Source: a virus
Taxonomy: Duplodnaviria > Caudoviricetes
Length of the DNA: 50,780 nt
IMG/VR virus record: IMGVR_UViG_3300027763_000081
Coordinates: 1-50,780 of that record
Reading direction: 5' to 3' (one strand)
Shown here: one piece after another, positions 8,433 to 17,793 of the stretch
How the letters are laid out: the number at the start of each line of letters is the position of its first letter
How positions within the stretch are numbered: the first letter of the stretch is position 1
The notes under the pieces: model-generated
What the model was told of the DNA's origin: nothing
Databases searched by the model: none
What the model saw: only the letters and a program-made list of their open reading frames with translations
Translations under genes and position numbers: made by a program

Positions 8433-8956
8433 AGCGCCCGCGCCCGTCCTACATCTCGCTTGGTGGGGGCCTTCGTCTCCTTGACGAGGACTACTACCTC
8501 GAGAACCTGAAGGGGTTCATCCGGACCCGCCGTGGGTTCCGCGGGCTTTGCCGCGCCATCCAATGCCCGTTGATCCTGGCCGATGGCGGCAAGGTCTATG
8601 TGGACCCCGTCACGTTCCAGATCTGCATGAAGGCCATCACCCGAGCGGGCGGGCGAGACTTTCTCATGCCTGGCGCAAAGAACAAGAACGGCAAGCGCAC
8701 CAACTACCCGCACGCCAGGGCGTCGATCCCACCAGAGGAACTTCGCACCCACTGGCGCTGGCTGGTGGGGGAACTGTGCGCCGGCAAGCGGCTCGCCAAG
8801 ATCGGCACCCCGATGCAGGTCAAACGCGCAATGCTGGACCTGACAACCCGTCTTGCGGAACTCTCGTACTCCACGCTTCCCAGGTTGACTGAAGAGGGGT
8901 ACTCTCAAGCAATACAGCCAGCAAGACTTCCAGAGGATCCAGACAATGGCAAATGA
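8429..8956 (+). CDS. Hypothetical basic protein, possibly DNA-binding (excisionase-like winged helix)
   Basis: ATGA coupling; FRGLCRAIQCPLILADGGKVYVD loosely resembles MerR/Xis-type HTH plus wing. Confidence 0.55.
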   Translation: MKRPRPSYISLGGGLRLLDEDYYLENLKGFIRTRRGFRGLCRAIQCPLILADGGKVYVDPVTFQICMKAITRAGGRDFLMPGAKNKNGKRTNYPHARASIPPEELRTHWRWLVGELCAGKRLAKIGTPMQVKRAMLDLTTRLAELSYSTLPRLTEEGYSQAIQPARLPEDPDNGK

Positions 8957-11927
8957 ACGCGTTCGTGGAGCAGGCAGGATTCTGAATTTGGGCAGGGGCA
9001 AGGTGGTCGCGGAAAGGCCGAACCTTCCTGAGCCACCCAAGGTTTATAGCCCCGCTGTTGAATCGCGTGTTGGAAAGATCAACGCAGCGCGCGCATCCGA
9101 AATCGGCCTGAGTGCTGCTGCTGAGCGTGGTCGCATTGGCGATCCAGGCAGCGCATCCAATGCCCAGGTCCTTGCTCGTGCCGTGACTAAGGCTGGCTTT
9201 GGCGAAAACTTTGTCGAGAGGTTCAAGAAGCTTGCACGCAAGAACCTGATTGCCAGCGAGACCACTCGCGTTGGTGGGGACAAGAGATACGTCCCTGATG
9301 ACGCTGATGTCACCGCGCTTGCTCACGAGATGGCTCGTCGCAAGGCCGACAGACATCCGGAACCGCAGATGCGTTCCGTTCTGCGCGACCTTGCAGACAC
9401 CGGGTTCAACTACCAGGCAAGCGGAAATCTTGTCAAGGGAATCCAGAAGGTCGAACCGGAAAAGGTCCGCAAGGGCCTGCTCGGAAACCAGGTTGTCGAA
9501 ACTCCTACGCAAGAGGGCGAACGCAAGAAGGCAGCGTTCATTGCCCAAGAGAGGCGTCCTGCCCGCATTGCGGAAGAGGGCGTTGGCGATGTTGCGATGC
9601 GCAAGAACATTGCCGAGATGGACAGGCTTGAGGCAGAAGCCGAGCACGCCATTGAACTTGGCGACATCCAGCTTGCAGAAGAACTGAAGCAGAAGCGGAT
9701 GACTCTGGTCACCGACTTTGAGTCACGCATGGCCGAAGAGGGCATTCAGTCTGGCGATTACTCTCCGGCAGCTACCGAGCGTACCGCAACCAACAAGACT
9801 GGCGAGAATGCCGAAGAGCGCATTCGTGGTGCAAAGGGCAAGCGTTACAGCGAAACTAGAATTGATACCGCAGACAAGGGTTCTGAAAACGAAGGCTTGA
9901 AGAACATCCCGGGCACCATTGCAACCGAGCCATCGGAAACTTCAGACCGCGGCTTTGCAGTCATTGCATCTGATCCGAAGCTCTACAACAAGTACCTTGA
10001 GAAATTCAACGACGCTGACGTAGAGGCAATCGAAAAGGCTTGGTCTAAGTTTGCAGGTGTCCAGCGCACCGACAAGGATGGCAACAAGATCCCCGGCCGC
10101 GACTACTCGCCCATTGAGCAGATGCAACGTGGCGAGATCCTTGCAAAGTTTGCCAAGAGCCTTGGAATTGAAGCACTTGACAAAAGCAACCAGATTGCAA
10201 AGGCGGGCGGAAGGAATGTTGTTCGTGGTCCAGTAGAAGAGGCGATTGCCAACGAGCAAGCTGCAGGCGTTCGCTCTTCCATGAAGTTGATTGACGAAAT
10301 CATTTCTGGAAAGCGTTCTTACTCTGGACTCAACAGGTACGAAACGCTAAGGGAAACTGGATCTGATATCCGCGCAATTGTTGACTCCCTGAAGGACACC
10401 ACTGGAAACAAGCAGCGGCGCGCAAGGTCCGAATCAAACACAAAGAAGATTGTTGCAAAGGCAATTAATTCTGCTGCCGCAGGAAATCCGTACGAACTTG
10501 CAGGCCTTCGAGAGCAGATGGCAATGATTGTTGAGCGCGGCCAGTTGCCAGAGCAACAGATTGCCAGCGCTGTTGGTTCTGCACCGCAGGTTGGTGCAAT
10601 TGTTGGCGATGTTGGCACGCGCATCCGCGGAGGTGCAAGCACCATTGCCATGCGTCCCTTTGAGGACGTGACCACGGGAGAGCGTCGCAAGGGTGTTGGC
10701 CCAGCAAAGATTCCTCTTGGCGTCGAACCGGTTCGTACCGGCGGCGTCGAAGGAAACGCCATGCGCGAGTCGGTTTCAAGCGGTGCTGTTCTTGGGGAGC
10801 CCACCAGTCGTGGCCGTCGCGCTCCGACTGGAACTCCTGCACGCGCACGTGGTGTTTCCCTGCGCGCCGAAGCCAAGCGCATCCGGGCTGCCGATCAGCC
10901 AAAGGAAACGGAAGCGCCTGCTCCGCAGCAGTTCAAGGATCTTCCCAAGGCGGCAACGCTGCATGACGCGGTGCTTGAGTTCAAGAAGAGTCTTGATACC
11001 GCAGACGTCAATTACGGCGAAGGAGGAACCAGGTCTAATCTTCAGATGACCCGCATTGATCGCCTGACCCGTGATTACGTCAAGGAGATGCGGAAGAACA
11101 AGCCGAATCGAGTGCCGCGCCAGATCAGCAACGCGCGTGAACTCTCGCGCGCGCAAGCTGAACTCAACAAGCTGAAGGCAGAAGTTGCCCTGAACAACAA
11201 GAAGCTTGATGAAGTCCGCCGGATTACTTCTGACTTCAAGAGCAGTTTCAAGCAGACCGGAGAAGGCGGCGAAGCCCGTAGGCCGCTTCTGTTTGGACCT
11301 GGCAGCGGTGCTGAATCTGGCGAGGGTTACTCGACTAGCGTTCCTGAAACATTTGGGATGTACATGGATGCCCTTCAGGGTCGCATCAAGGTTCTTCAGG
11401 GCAGCGTGACTGAATACGAGAAGGTGCTTGAGAAGGCGTACAGCACTGGCAAGTTGAAGCCGCGCGTCACCGGCGCTGCACTTCGTGAAGGCGAACGTGC
11501 GGAGATGTCGCCGCGCATGATGGACATTGACCGCCTGAAGAGGCGTCTTGATGACCGCAACCTTGCCCCCAAGGAACGCGCTCGAATCGAAAAGATCCTG
11601 AGCAGGATCCGCGTGGAGGAAGGTGGTTTCCAGAACCCGCCTGAGAAGAAGTCTGGCCCCATCAAGCCTGGCGCGGCTCCGATATCCACCGCATATGTTC
11701 CGCGCCGGTTTGATCCGATTACCGACGAACGCGAGATTGTTCCCGGCCAGAAGCCGGTTGGCAACGTTGTTCCGCCCAAGGGCCGTCGCAAGTCTGATGA
11801 CCGCAAGCGTGCTGCTCGAAACAGAAAGTTCCCCCCGAAGCAGTACGGCACCCGCTCCAGCGACATTGCAACCCTGAGGGGTGCGCCCGATGCGGTCCAG
11901 CGCCTGCTTGAAGGACTTCCCCGTTGA
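8946..11927 (+). CDS. Large charged low-complexity protein, 993 aa, possible internal virion protein
   Basis: Rich in R/K/E/A/G, no Cys, coiled-coil segments, basic C-terminus. Confidence 0.8.
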   Translation: MANERVRGAGRILNLGRGKVVAERPNLPEPPKVYSPAVESRVGKINAARASEIGLSAAAERGRIGDPGSASNAQVLARAVTKAGFGENFVERFKKLARKNLIASETTRVGGDKRYVPDDADVTALAHEMARRKADRHPEPQMRSVLRDLADTGFNYQASGNLVKGIQKVEPEKVRKGLLGNQVVETPTQEGERKKAAFIAQERRPARIAEEGVGDVAMRKNIAEMDRLEAEAEHAIELGDIQLAEELKQKRMTLVTDFESRMAEEGIQSGDYSPAATERTATNKTGENAEERIRGAKGKRYSETRIDTADKGSENEGLKNIPGTIATEPSETSDRGFAVIASDPKLYNKYLEKFNDADVEAIEKAWSKFAGVQRTDKDGNKIPGRDYSPIEQMQRGEILAKFAKSLGIEALDKSNQIAKAGGRNVVRGPVEEAIANEQAAGVRSSMKLIDEIISGKRSYSGLNRYETLRETGSDIRAIVDSLKDTTGNKQRRARSESNTKKIVAKAINSAAAGNPYELAGLREQMAMIVERGQLPEQQIASAVGSAPQVGAIVGDVGTRIRGGASTIAMRPFEDVTTGERRKGVGPAKIPLGVEPVRTGGVEGNAMRESVSSGAVLGEPTSRGRRAPTGTPARARGVSLRAEAKRIRAADQPKETEAPAPQQFKDLPKAATLHDAVLEFKKSLDTADVNYGEGGTRSNLQMTRIDRLTRDYVKEMRKNKPNRVPRQISNARELSRAQAELNKLKAEVALNNKKLDEVRRITSDFKSSFKQTGEGGEARRPLLFGPGSGAESGEGYSTSVPETFGMYMDALQGRIKVLQGSVTEYEKVLEKAYSTGKLKPRVTGAALREGERAEMSPRMMDIDRLKRRLDDRNLAPKERARIEKILSRIRVEEGGFQNPPEKKSGPIKPGAAPISTAYVPRRFDPITDEREIVPGQKPVGNVVPPKGRRKSDDRKRAARNRKFPPKQYGTRSSDIATLRGAPDAVQRLLEGLPR

Positions 11928-12343
11928 CACCCCGCAGCCTCAAGGAGACCAAGCAGGCAGACCCAGGAGATGAGATGATCATGTCCTTCTTCTGCCCTTC
12001 GCGGGTGGGGACGGCCATTCGGGCAACCGAGTGGGACGTCTCGGAGGAGATGGAGCGCCTGGTTGACATTGCCCGGACGGGCAGCGGCAAGACGTCCATC
12101 GACGCCATGAAGCGGATTCGCGAGATCGTGCGCGAGGTGGCTGAACTCAACGGGATGATCACAACGGCGACTGCAACACAAACAGTTACGGAACAACAGA
12201 GCGATGGCAAGACAATTACCCAATCAGCGAGTAGACTCGTCTCAAGCCTCAGGAGGGCCCCAAGTGCAATCTCAGAAGACACAACCGGAACTATCGCCGC
12301 CGTCTACCTGCCATCTCGCGGACATGGATCCGAGGATCGGTAA
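11924..12343 (+). CDS. Putative terminase small subunit
   Basis: Position upstream of TerL; helical pattern EMERLVDIARTG...SIDAMKRIREIV...LNG followed by a beta tail. Confidence 0.55.
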   Translation: MTPRSLKETKQADPGDEMIMSFFCPSRVGTAIRATEWDVSEEMERLVDIARTGSGKTSIDAMKRIREIVREVAELNGMITTATATQTVTEQQSDGKTITQSASRLVSSLRRAPSAISEDTTGTIAAVYLPSRGHGSEDR

Positions 12344-12656
12344 GGCGTTCGCTCGCATTGCTGCAATGGATGGATTGCAGGCCGCACGTGGCGGCGCGCC
12401 AATCCTGTTCTCGATGGGCATCAATGATCCAGCTACCTGGTGGGGCGAACTCTCGGAACTTGGCAACGCAATCATCGAGCGCATCAAGACGAACAACCAC
12501 GTCTTCCACAAGCGCTGGGTTGATGCGGCTACCGAGATTGTTGCGGTTGCACCGGCTGCCGATGAGCCCGCGTTTCTTGCTGCTTGCATCCTTCGCATGG
12601 CCGCTGTCGAGCTGGTTGCGATCAAGGGGATGCAGCGCAAGATGGTGGGTCTGTGA
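12324..12656 (+). CDS. Hypothetical protein
   Basis: MDPRIGKAF start; GTGA overlap with TerL. Confidence 0.65.
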   Translation: MDPRIGKAFARIAAMDGLQAARGGAPILFSMGINDPATWWGELSELGNAIIERIKTNNHVFHKRWVDAATEIVAVAPAADEPAFLAACILRMAAVELVAIKGMQRKMVGL

Positions 12657-14620
12657 ACCCGGTTGCAATCCCAATGCCGGAAGAGGGCAACGCCATGTGG
12701 CCGTTGCCTGCCGACTACCTCACGCTTACGCCTGAGGGTCAGCGGCTTGCTCGCGTCAACGCGTGCTCGCAGTGGCTTGTCCCCACCAACGACTTGCGGG
12801 TGAAGGCAACGCGGTTTGCAGGCAGCGTCAATTTCTTTGACCAGTGGTATCTCCATCCCGACTGGGAGGAGGACTTCAACCCGTACTTCTACGACGATGA
12901 TCCAGTTGATCCGCCAGCAGGACACTTTGCTATCTATCGGATGTGGGCCATGTCCCCCCGATCTATTGCCATTGCACCGCGTGGATACGCCAAGAGCAAT
13001 TGCTTCAGAAAGACTGCGCTCCTCCAGATGCTTACGCGTCCGGCTTTCTCCTTTATCTACGCTACGAGCAGCGTTGACAATGCTGAGCAGACGAGCCAGA
13101 TCCTGAAGACGCAGTTCATCGGCAACAAGCGGATCTTTGACGACATTGCGCCTGAGTTCCCCGATGGACGCATCACGCCAAAGCGCGGCGAAGCATCCTT
13201 CGGAGTCGAGCTCATGTACCTGAACAACGGTTCGTGGTTCCGTGCCATGAGTGCCGAGAGCCGCCAGCGTGGTGGTCGCCCGCGCGTGTACGCGCTTGAT
13301 GACCCCGAGTATGACCCCAAGGCTTCGACCAGCATGTCCATCCTTCGGTCGTACATGGAACGGCTGCTGTTCAAGGTCGTGATGCCGATGGTGACACGGC
13401 GTGATACCAGTGTGCGGTGGCTGGCGACGTTCGTGAGTCGGCGGCACTACGCGTGGCACGCGATGATGACGGAGTTGCTGGCGGATGGCAGCAAGGTGGC
13501 AAAGGATCCCCGCTTTGACCAGTGGTCCCGGTTAATCCTGCGGTCCGAGTACACGGACGAAGATGGAACGCAGCAAAGCGCGTGGCCGTCCATGTGGCCC
13601 ATCAACCGGAAGGTTCGGGATGCCAAGGAGAGTCTGAAGGGCCTCATTACCCTTGAAGACATCAAGGAGATGATCGGCACCCACAACTACAACGCCGAAT
13701 ACCTGGCGCAACCCGGTGAGTCGGAAGAGGTCTACTTCGGCAACATCACCCAGGAGCGCCACGGCTGGTGGCTTGAGAACCCGGATGCCGAGAGCGATAC
13801 GGATCCACATCTCTCGAAGTCAACCTTCTGCTGGAAGAACAAGACGGGCGACACCGAGCGGATGCTGTTGCCTGAGTTCCTGTCGGGCCGGGTCAAGTTG
13901 TTTGCAACCGTAGACACCTCGTACACCTCAACCACGGATTCTGACTTCAAGGTCTGCACGGTCATGGCTTACGACCCGGTGGACGCGGTCCTGTTTGTGC
14001 TGGACACGTGGGGCGGTCAGGTCCGCGAGCCGGTTCTTATTGAGCACGCTTTCCGTCTGGCCATGAAGTGGCACGTGCCAGCCATCCACGTCGAGGTAGT
14101 CCGGCAGTCGTTCAGCCTGTACGCGGCCATGGAGTCGATGGTCAGGCAGCGGGCAGACCAGATCACGGGCATGACGCCGCCCAAGGTCATGAAGCTGAAC
14201 CCCGGCGTCATGGACAAGACTTCCAAGATCAGCGCCCTGAACTACCGGTTTGAGCACGGGCTCATCAAGCTCCCCACCTGGCGGCGAGGCTTGAACCCTT
14301 GGCGGATGCTGTTTGAGCAGATCGAGCAGTTCAACCCCGACGCTGAGAACGGCGGTCTGGCCCACGACGACTTCATCGACACGGTGGCCATGAGCATGTT
14401 TGTGGTCCGTGGACGTATGGAACGGGCTGTTGCGGTGGCAGACGAGGACAGCCGGTTGGTCATTGAAAACCCCCTTGAGGAGATCGGGGAGGGCAACTAT
14501 GTCGACAAGAAGTACGGGTTGAACATTGCGGACGCCATGAATTTCAATAACATCTCGGTTGAGGATGCCCTTCGTATCATGAAGGAACCACCCACCAAGA
14601 GCGGAGGATCGCGTGTCTGA
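12653..14620 (+). CDS. terL: Terminase large subunit
   Basis: Walker A APRGYAKS, RGGRP, Walker B YALDDPE, nuclease VDTSY/SDF and HDDFIDT. Confidence 0.93.
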   Translation: MNPVAIPMPEEGNAMWPLPADYLTLTPEGQRLARVNACSQWLVPTNDLRVKATRFAGSVNFFDQWYLHPDWEEDFNPYFYDDDPVDPPAGHFAIYRMWAMSPRSIAIAPRGYAKSNCFRKTALLQMLTRPAFSFIYATSSVDNAEQTSQILKTQFIGNKRIFDDIAPEFPDGRITPKRGEASFGVELMYLNNGSWFRAMSAESRQRGGRPRVYALDDPEYDPKASTSMSILRSYMERLLFKVVMPMVTRRDTSVRWLATFVSRRHYAWHAMMTELLADGSKVAKDPRFDQWSRLILRSEYTDEDGTQQSAWPSMWPINRKVRDAKESLKGLITLEDIKEMIGTHNYNAEYLAQPGESEEVYFGNITQERHGWWLENPDAESDTDPHLSKSTFCWKNKTGDTERMLLPEFLSGRVKLFATVDTSYTSTTDSDFKVCTVMAYDPVDAVLFVLDTWGGQVREPVLIEHAFRLAMKWHVPAIHVEVVRQSFSLYAAMESMVRQRADQITGMTPPKVMKLNPGVMDKTSKISALNYRFEHGLIKLPTWRRGLNPWRMLFEQIEQFNPDAENGGLAHDDFIDTVAMSMFVVRGRMERAVAVADEDSRLVIENPLEEIGEGNYVDKKYGLNIADAMNFNNISVEDALRIMKEPPTKSGGSRV

Positions 14621-14876
14621 CCATATCCAATACGAAGCACCCCGCCCAACTCCCGGCCAGTTGACCGTCACGATTCCCCTGTCGTACTTCAACATGCTGG
14701 TCGAGTCGTATTACACGGGACGGCGCGAACCCCAGCAGGTGGTTCAGCAACCGCTCGAGCGCCCGCAGACCGACGAACAATTCATCAACAGCAATTTCAA
14801 CGGCATCGACCTCATGGAAGACATGCCTCCTGGTTGGGCCCGTGTGAAGAAGAAGGCAGACACCAATGGCAAGTGA
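14613..14876 (+). CDS. Hypothetical protein between TerL and portal
   Basis: 87 aa, overlaps both neighbours. Confidence 0.7.
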   Translation: MSDHIQYEAPRPTPGQLTVTIPLSYFNMLVESYYTGRREPQQVVQQPLERPQTDEQFINSNFNGIDLMEDMPPGWARVKKKADTNGK

Positions 14877-16863
14877 TGGCGTAAACCTTCCGAAGAACTC
14901 CGTTCAGCTCGGCCGCATCATCGACGCGCACGTGTCGCGTGAGATGCTGAAGCTGACGTATCGCCGCACCCTGTGGCTGCTGGCGTGGTACTACCTAAAC
15001 GGATTCCGCCGGTTCGACATCTTCGACCCGCGCACGGGACGCATCACCCCGCACTATCTGGACGAAGAAGGAAACTTCGAATTCCAATCGACGGAGCTGC
15101 TCTCCATCGTTGACAAGACGACTGCCCGCCTGAACACTATGGACCTTCGCCCTCGTGCGTTGAGGCAGGGATTCAGTCTTGCAGGACTTCGTGAACGTTC
15201 CGTTGCCCAGCTGGTTGCCGACGCTGTGGTCTCTGACCAGCAGCTGGTGGGGGTCCAACGTGACTTCAACTATCTCTTCGCCCTGCTTGGCTCTTGCGGC
15301 ATCACTGGTCACATGGTTGATAGCCCGACGGTTGGACTCACCGCTGACCTCGAAGTCATCCACCCCAAGGAACTGATTCCGTTCCCGAGCCTGGGACACG
15401 ATCACACCAAGGTCCGCGGCATGATCCGCCAGCGCCTTGTGCCGCTTAACTTCCTCAAGGACAAGTACGGCAACCGAAAGATCGACCAGAACATCGAGGA
15501 GATGAACGTCTGGCGTTGGCAGTACGGCCACCAGATGGAAGAGTCGCAGGACGCGCCGTGGAACGGCACCGGTTACTTTGTGTCGACTCTGGCGCAGGGT
15601 GGTGTGCGCGGCAATGTCGAAGATGACGACACGCAGCAGGTTGCCAAAATCCGCGAGACGTGGATCCATGGACCTCGCGGAACCGTCAGCCGTTACATTG
15701 TGTCCAGCGGTGATGTGGTGATTGACGACCAGGACCTGTCGAAGGTCGAGGCGTACTGTCCCATTGGGTTTGCGCGGTTCATGGAAAACGGCACGTTCCA
15801 CGGAGCAGGCCTGTTTGACCTGATGTTTGGCATTGTGCGCGAGATGGAACGGCTCCTGAAGAGCCTGTTCAACAACATCCGCACGATGGACCGTTACGGC
15901 GTGGTACTGATTCCGCAGGGCACAATCAACGAGCGCGCATCCATGCGCGAGGTTGGTCAGGGTCTGCGTTATCTGTCGTACTCGAAGGACTCGCTTATGG
16001 GCGATGACTTCAAGCCGCTGGTCATTCAGCCGTTCAATGCTGGTGATGTGCCGGGCAAGGTTGCACAGTTTGCGAAGTCGGTGATTGATGGCCTGTCGCC
16101 GGTGCAGGATCTGATTGCGGAGAAGGGTCGCGTGGACAGCGCAAGCGGTCTGCAGTTCCTTGACGAGCAGATCAGCAAGGCAATGACTAACCCCACCAGC
16201 GGTGTGCAGGTGGCATTTGGCACGATGTATCGGGCAGTTGTTGCAAAGGCTGCCGGCCAGATGCTCGTGAGTCGCCGGTCGCTGCCGGTGAACAAGTTGA
16301 CGACCGAACTTGCTGGTGCAGTCATCAATCCCGACAACGGAACCGTCTCGTTTGAGCAGAATCCGCTGCCCAACTTCTCGCAGATTGCGTTTACGGTGCG
16401 CGATACTTCGCCGAAGAGCGAGGTTGTTCGCAAGCAGGAAGTCATGGGAATGCTGCAGGCTGGCCTGACAGACCCCGATGGCGTCAAGCTCTTTGCCATG
16501 AAGGAAGGCCTTGACATGGCCCTTTGGATGGAAGAGGAGAAGAGCGCATACGAGAGCATCGTGCGCAACATCCTCCTGTTGTTTGGAGACGGGCAGCAGA
16601 CCCAGCAGATTGTTCTTACTCCGCACACGACGAGGCCGGACATCCAGCTCCGCGTGCTGAGTGCATTCATGGCAAACCCGATCATGGCCGTGGCAAGCCC
16701 AGCGGTTCAGGACGCTTTCAAGGCGTATCGTGAAGCGTTGATCGGATTCATGGGACAGACCTTGCCTGCTATGGTCCCAAACCCGGATGACATGGCCAAT
16801 GTGGCTGGTCAGCCTGGACAACAACAGCAGGCGCAACCTCAGGGAATGATGGCAAATGGCTGA
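14866..16863 (+). CDS. Portal protein (P22-like)
   Basis: 665 aa after TerL; FHGAGLFDLM and DSASGLQFLDEQ segments; Q/P-rich tail. Confidence 0.85.
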   Translation: MASDGVNLPKNSVQLGRIIDAHVSREMLKLTYRRTLWLLAWYYLNGFRRFDIFDPRTGRITPHYLDEEGNFEFQSTELLSIVDKTTARLNTMDLRPRALRQGFSLAGLRERSVAQLVADAVVSDQQLVGVQRDFNYLFALLGSCGITGHMVDSPTVGLTADLEVIHPKELIPFPSLGHDHTKVRGMIRQRLVPLNFLKDKYGNRKIDQNIEEMNVWRWQYGHQMEESQDAPWNGTGYFVSTLAQGGVRGNVEDDDTQQVAKIRETWIHGPRGTVSRYIVSSGDVVIDDQDLSKVEAYCPIGFARFMENGTFHGAGLFDLMFGIVREMERLLKSLFNNIRTMDRYGVVLIPQGTINERASMREVGQGLRYLSYSKDSLMGDDFKPLVIQPFNAGDVPGKVAQFAKSVIDGLSPVQDLIAEKGRVDSASGLQFLDEQISKAMTNPTSGVQVAFGTMYRAVVAKAAGQMLVSRRSLPVNKLTTELAGAVINPDNGTVSFEQNPLPNFSQIAFTVRDTSPKSEVVRKQEVMGMLQAGLTDPDGVKLFAMKEGLDMALWMEEEKSAYESIVRNILLLFGDGQQTQQIVLTPHTTRPDIQLRVLSAFMANPIMAVASPAVQDAFKAYREALIGFMGQTLPAMVPNPDDMANVAGQPGQQQQAQPQGMMANG

Positions 16864-17758
16864 TGAAATCGAAGGAAACGGTGCGGATTCCGTAATCCGC
16901 AACATGGATGCGGTGATTGACATTGACGGCGAACGGTTTACCGTTGCCGAACTGGTCGACACTATCCGCAAGGCTGGCAATGTTGTCAGCGAAATTGACG
17001 ATCTCCGTGCGTTCCAGGATGCAACCAACCGGTTCATCCGCCGTGACGGCGAGCAGCACGAGATTGCCGATGCGGCCTCAAAGATGCTTGCTGGCGTTGG
17101 TTACAGCGATCAGGAAATCAAGGAGTACGTCCGGGATTGGACCCGGTCGCAGACTGAAACTCAGGACGATGGCGAGGAAACGGCTGAAGAAGCCGAGGAA
17201 GACACTCAGGAGGAACCCGAAATGGCACAGCAGAATGACCCCCGTTACGAGCGGCTCGAGCGTGAAACCAAGCAGATGCGCCTGCGCATGATGCAAGAAG
17301 AAATGAAGAAAGGCGTCGTTTCCGCTATTGACGAGAACGGGGAAATTGCCAAGATGTTGATGGGTCTGGATAAGTCCCGCGGGCGTGAACACGCCACGGG
17401 CGCCTACCAGGCCATTCAGGACCAGGTTCGCAAGGCCACCCTCGACCGGCTCTATGACCGGCGTGACAAGAGCGGTGGAAACTTCAGCGAAGACTGGATC
17501 CAAGAAGAGGCGGCGAAGGCTGCTTCAGAGGTGGCGCGTTCGTACGCGACGGTCATCGGTGATCTCGACTCTTTGGGTCGGACGCCGGAAACAGTGAGCG
17601 AGATGGACACGATTGCCTCAAAGCCACCGGTTCCTGCCCCTGAATTCAAGAAGGGCATGGATCGGAGCACTGTTGATACGGCGGTCCGTGAGTTCAACAC
17701 GGATGCGCTCTCCCGAATTGCCCTCGATATCTCCGCAGGTGGGGAGACGAAGGCTTAA
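16856..17758 (+). CDS. Capsid scaffolding protein
   Basis: Acidic and helical, IDGERFTVAEL motif, lies between portal and capsid. Confidence 0.75.
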   Translation: MADEIEGNGADSVIRNMDAVIDIDGERFTVAELVDTIRKAGNVVSEIDDLRAFQDATNRFIRRDGEQHEIADAASKMLAGVGYSDQEIKEYVRDWTRSQTETQDDGEETAEEAEEDTQEEPEMAQQNDPRYERLERETKQMRLRMMQEEMKKGVVSAIDENGEIAKMLMGLDKSRGREHATGAYQAIQDQVRKATLDRLYDRRDKSGGNFSEDWIQEEAAKAASEVARSYATVIGDLDSLGRTPETVSEMDTIASKPPVPAPEFKKGMDRSTVDTAVREFNTDALSRIALDISAGGETKA

Positions 17759-17793
17759 ACCAACCACTCATCCGCCAAGGAGGCGGCACTTAG

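Noticed and set aside
12075-12100. RTGSGKTS as a Walker A motif in the TerS candidate
   Set aside because: No preceding hydrophobic strand or Walker B in a 139-aa helical protein; probably a helix-turn linker.
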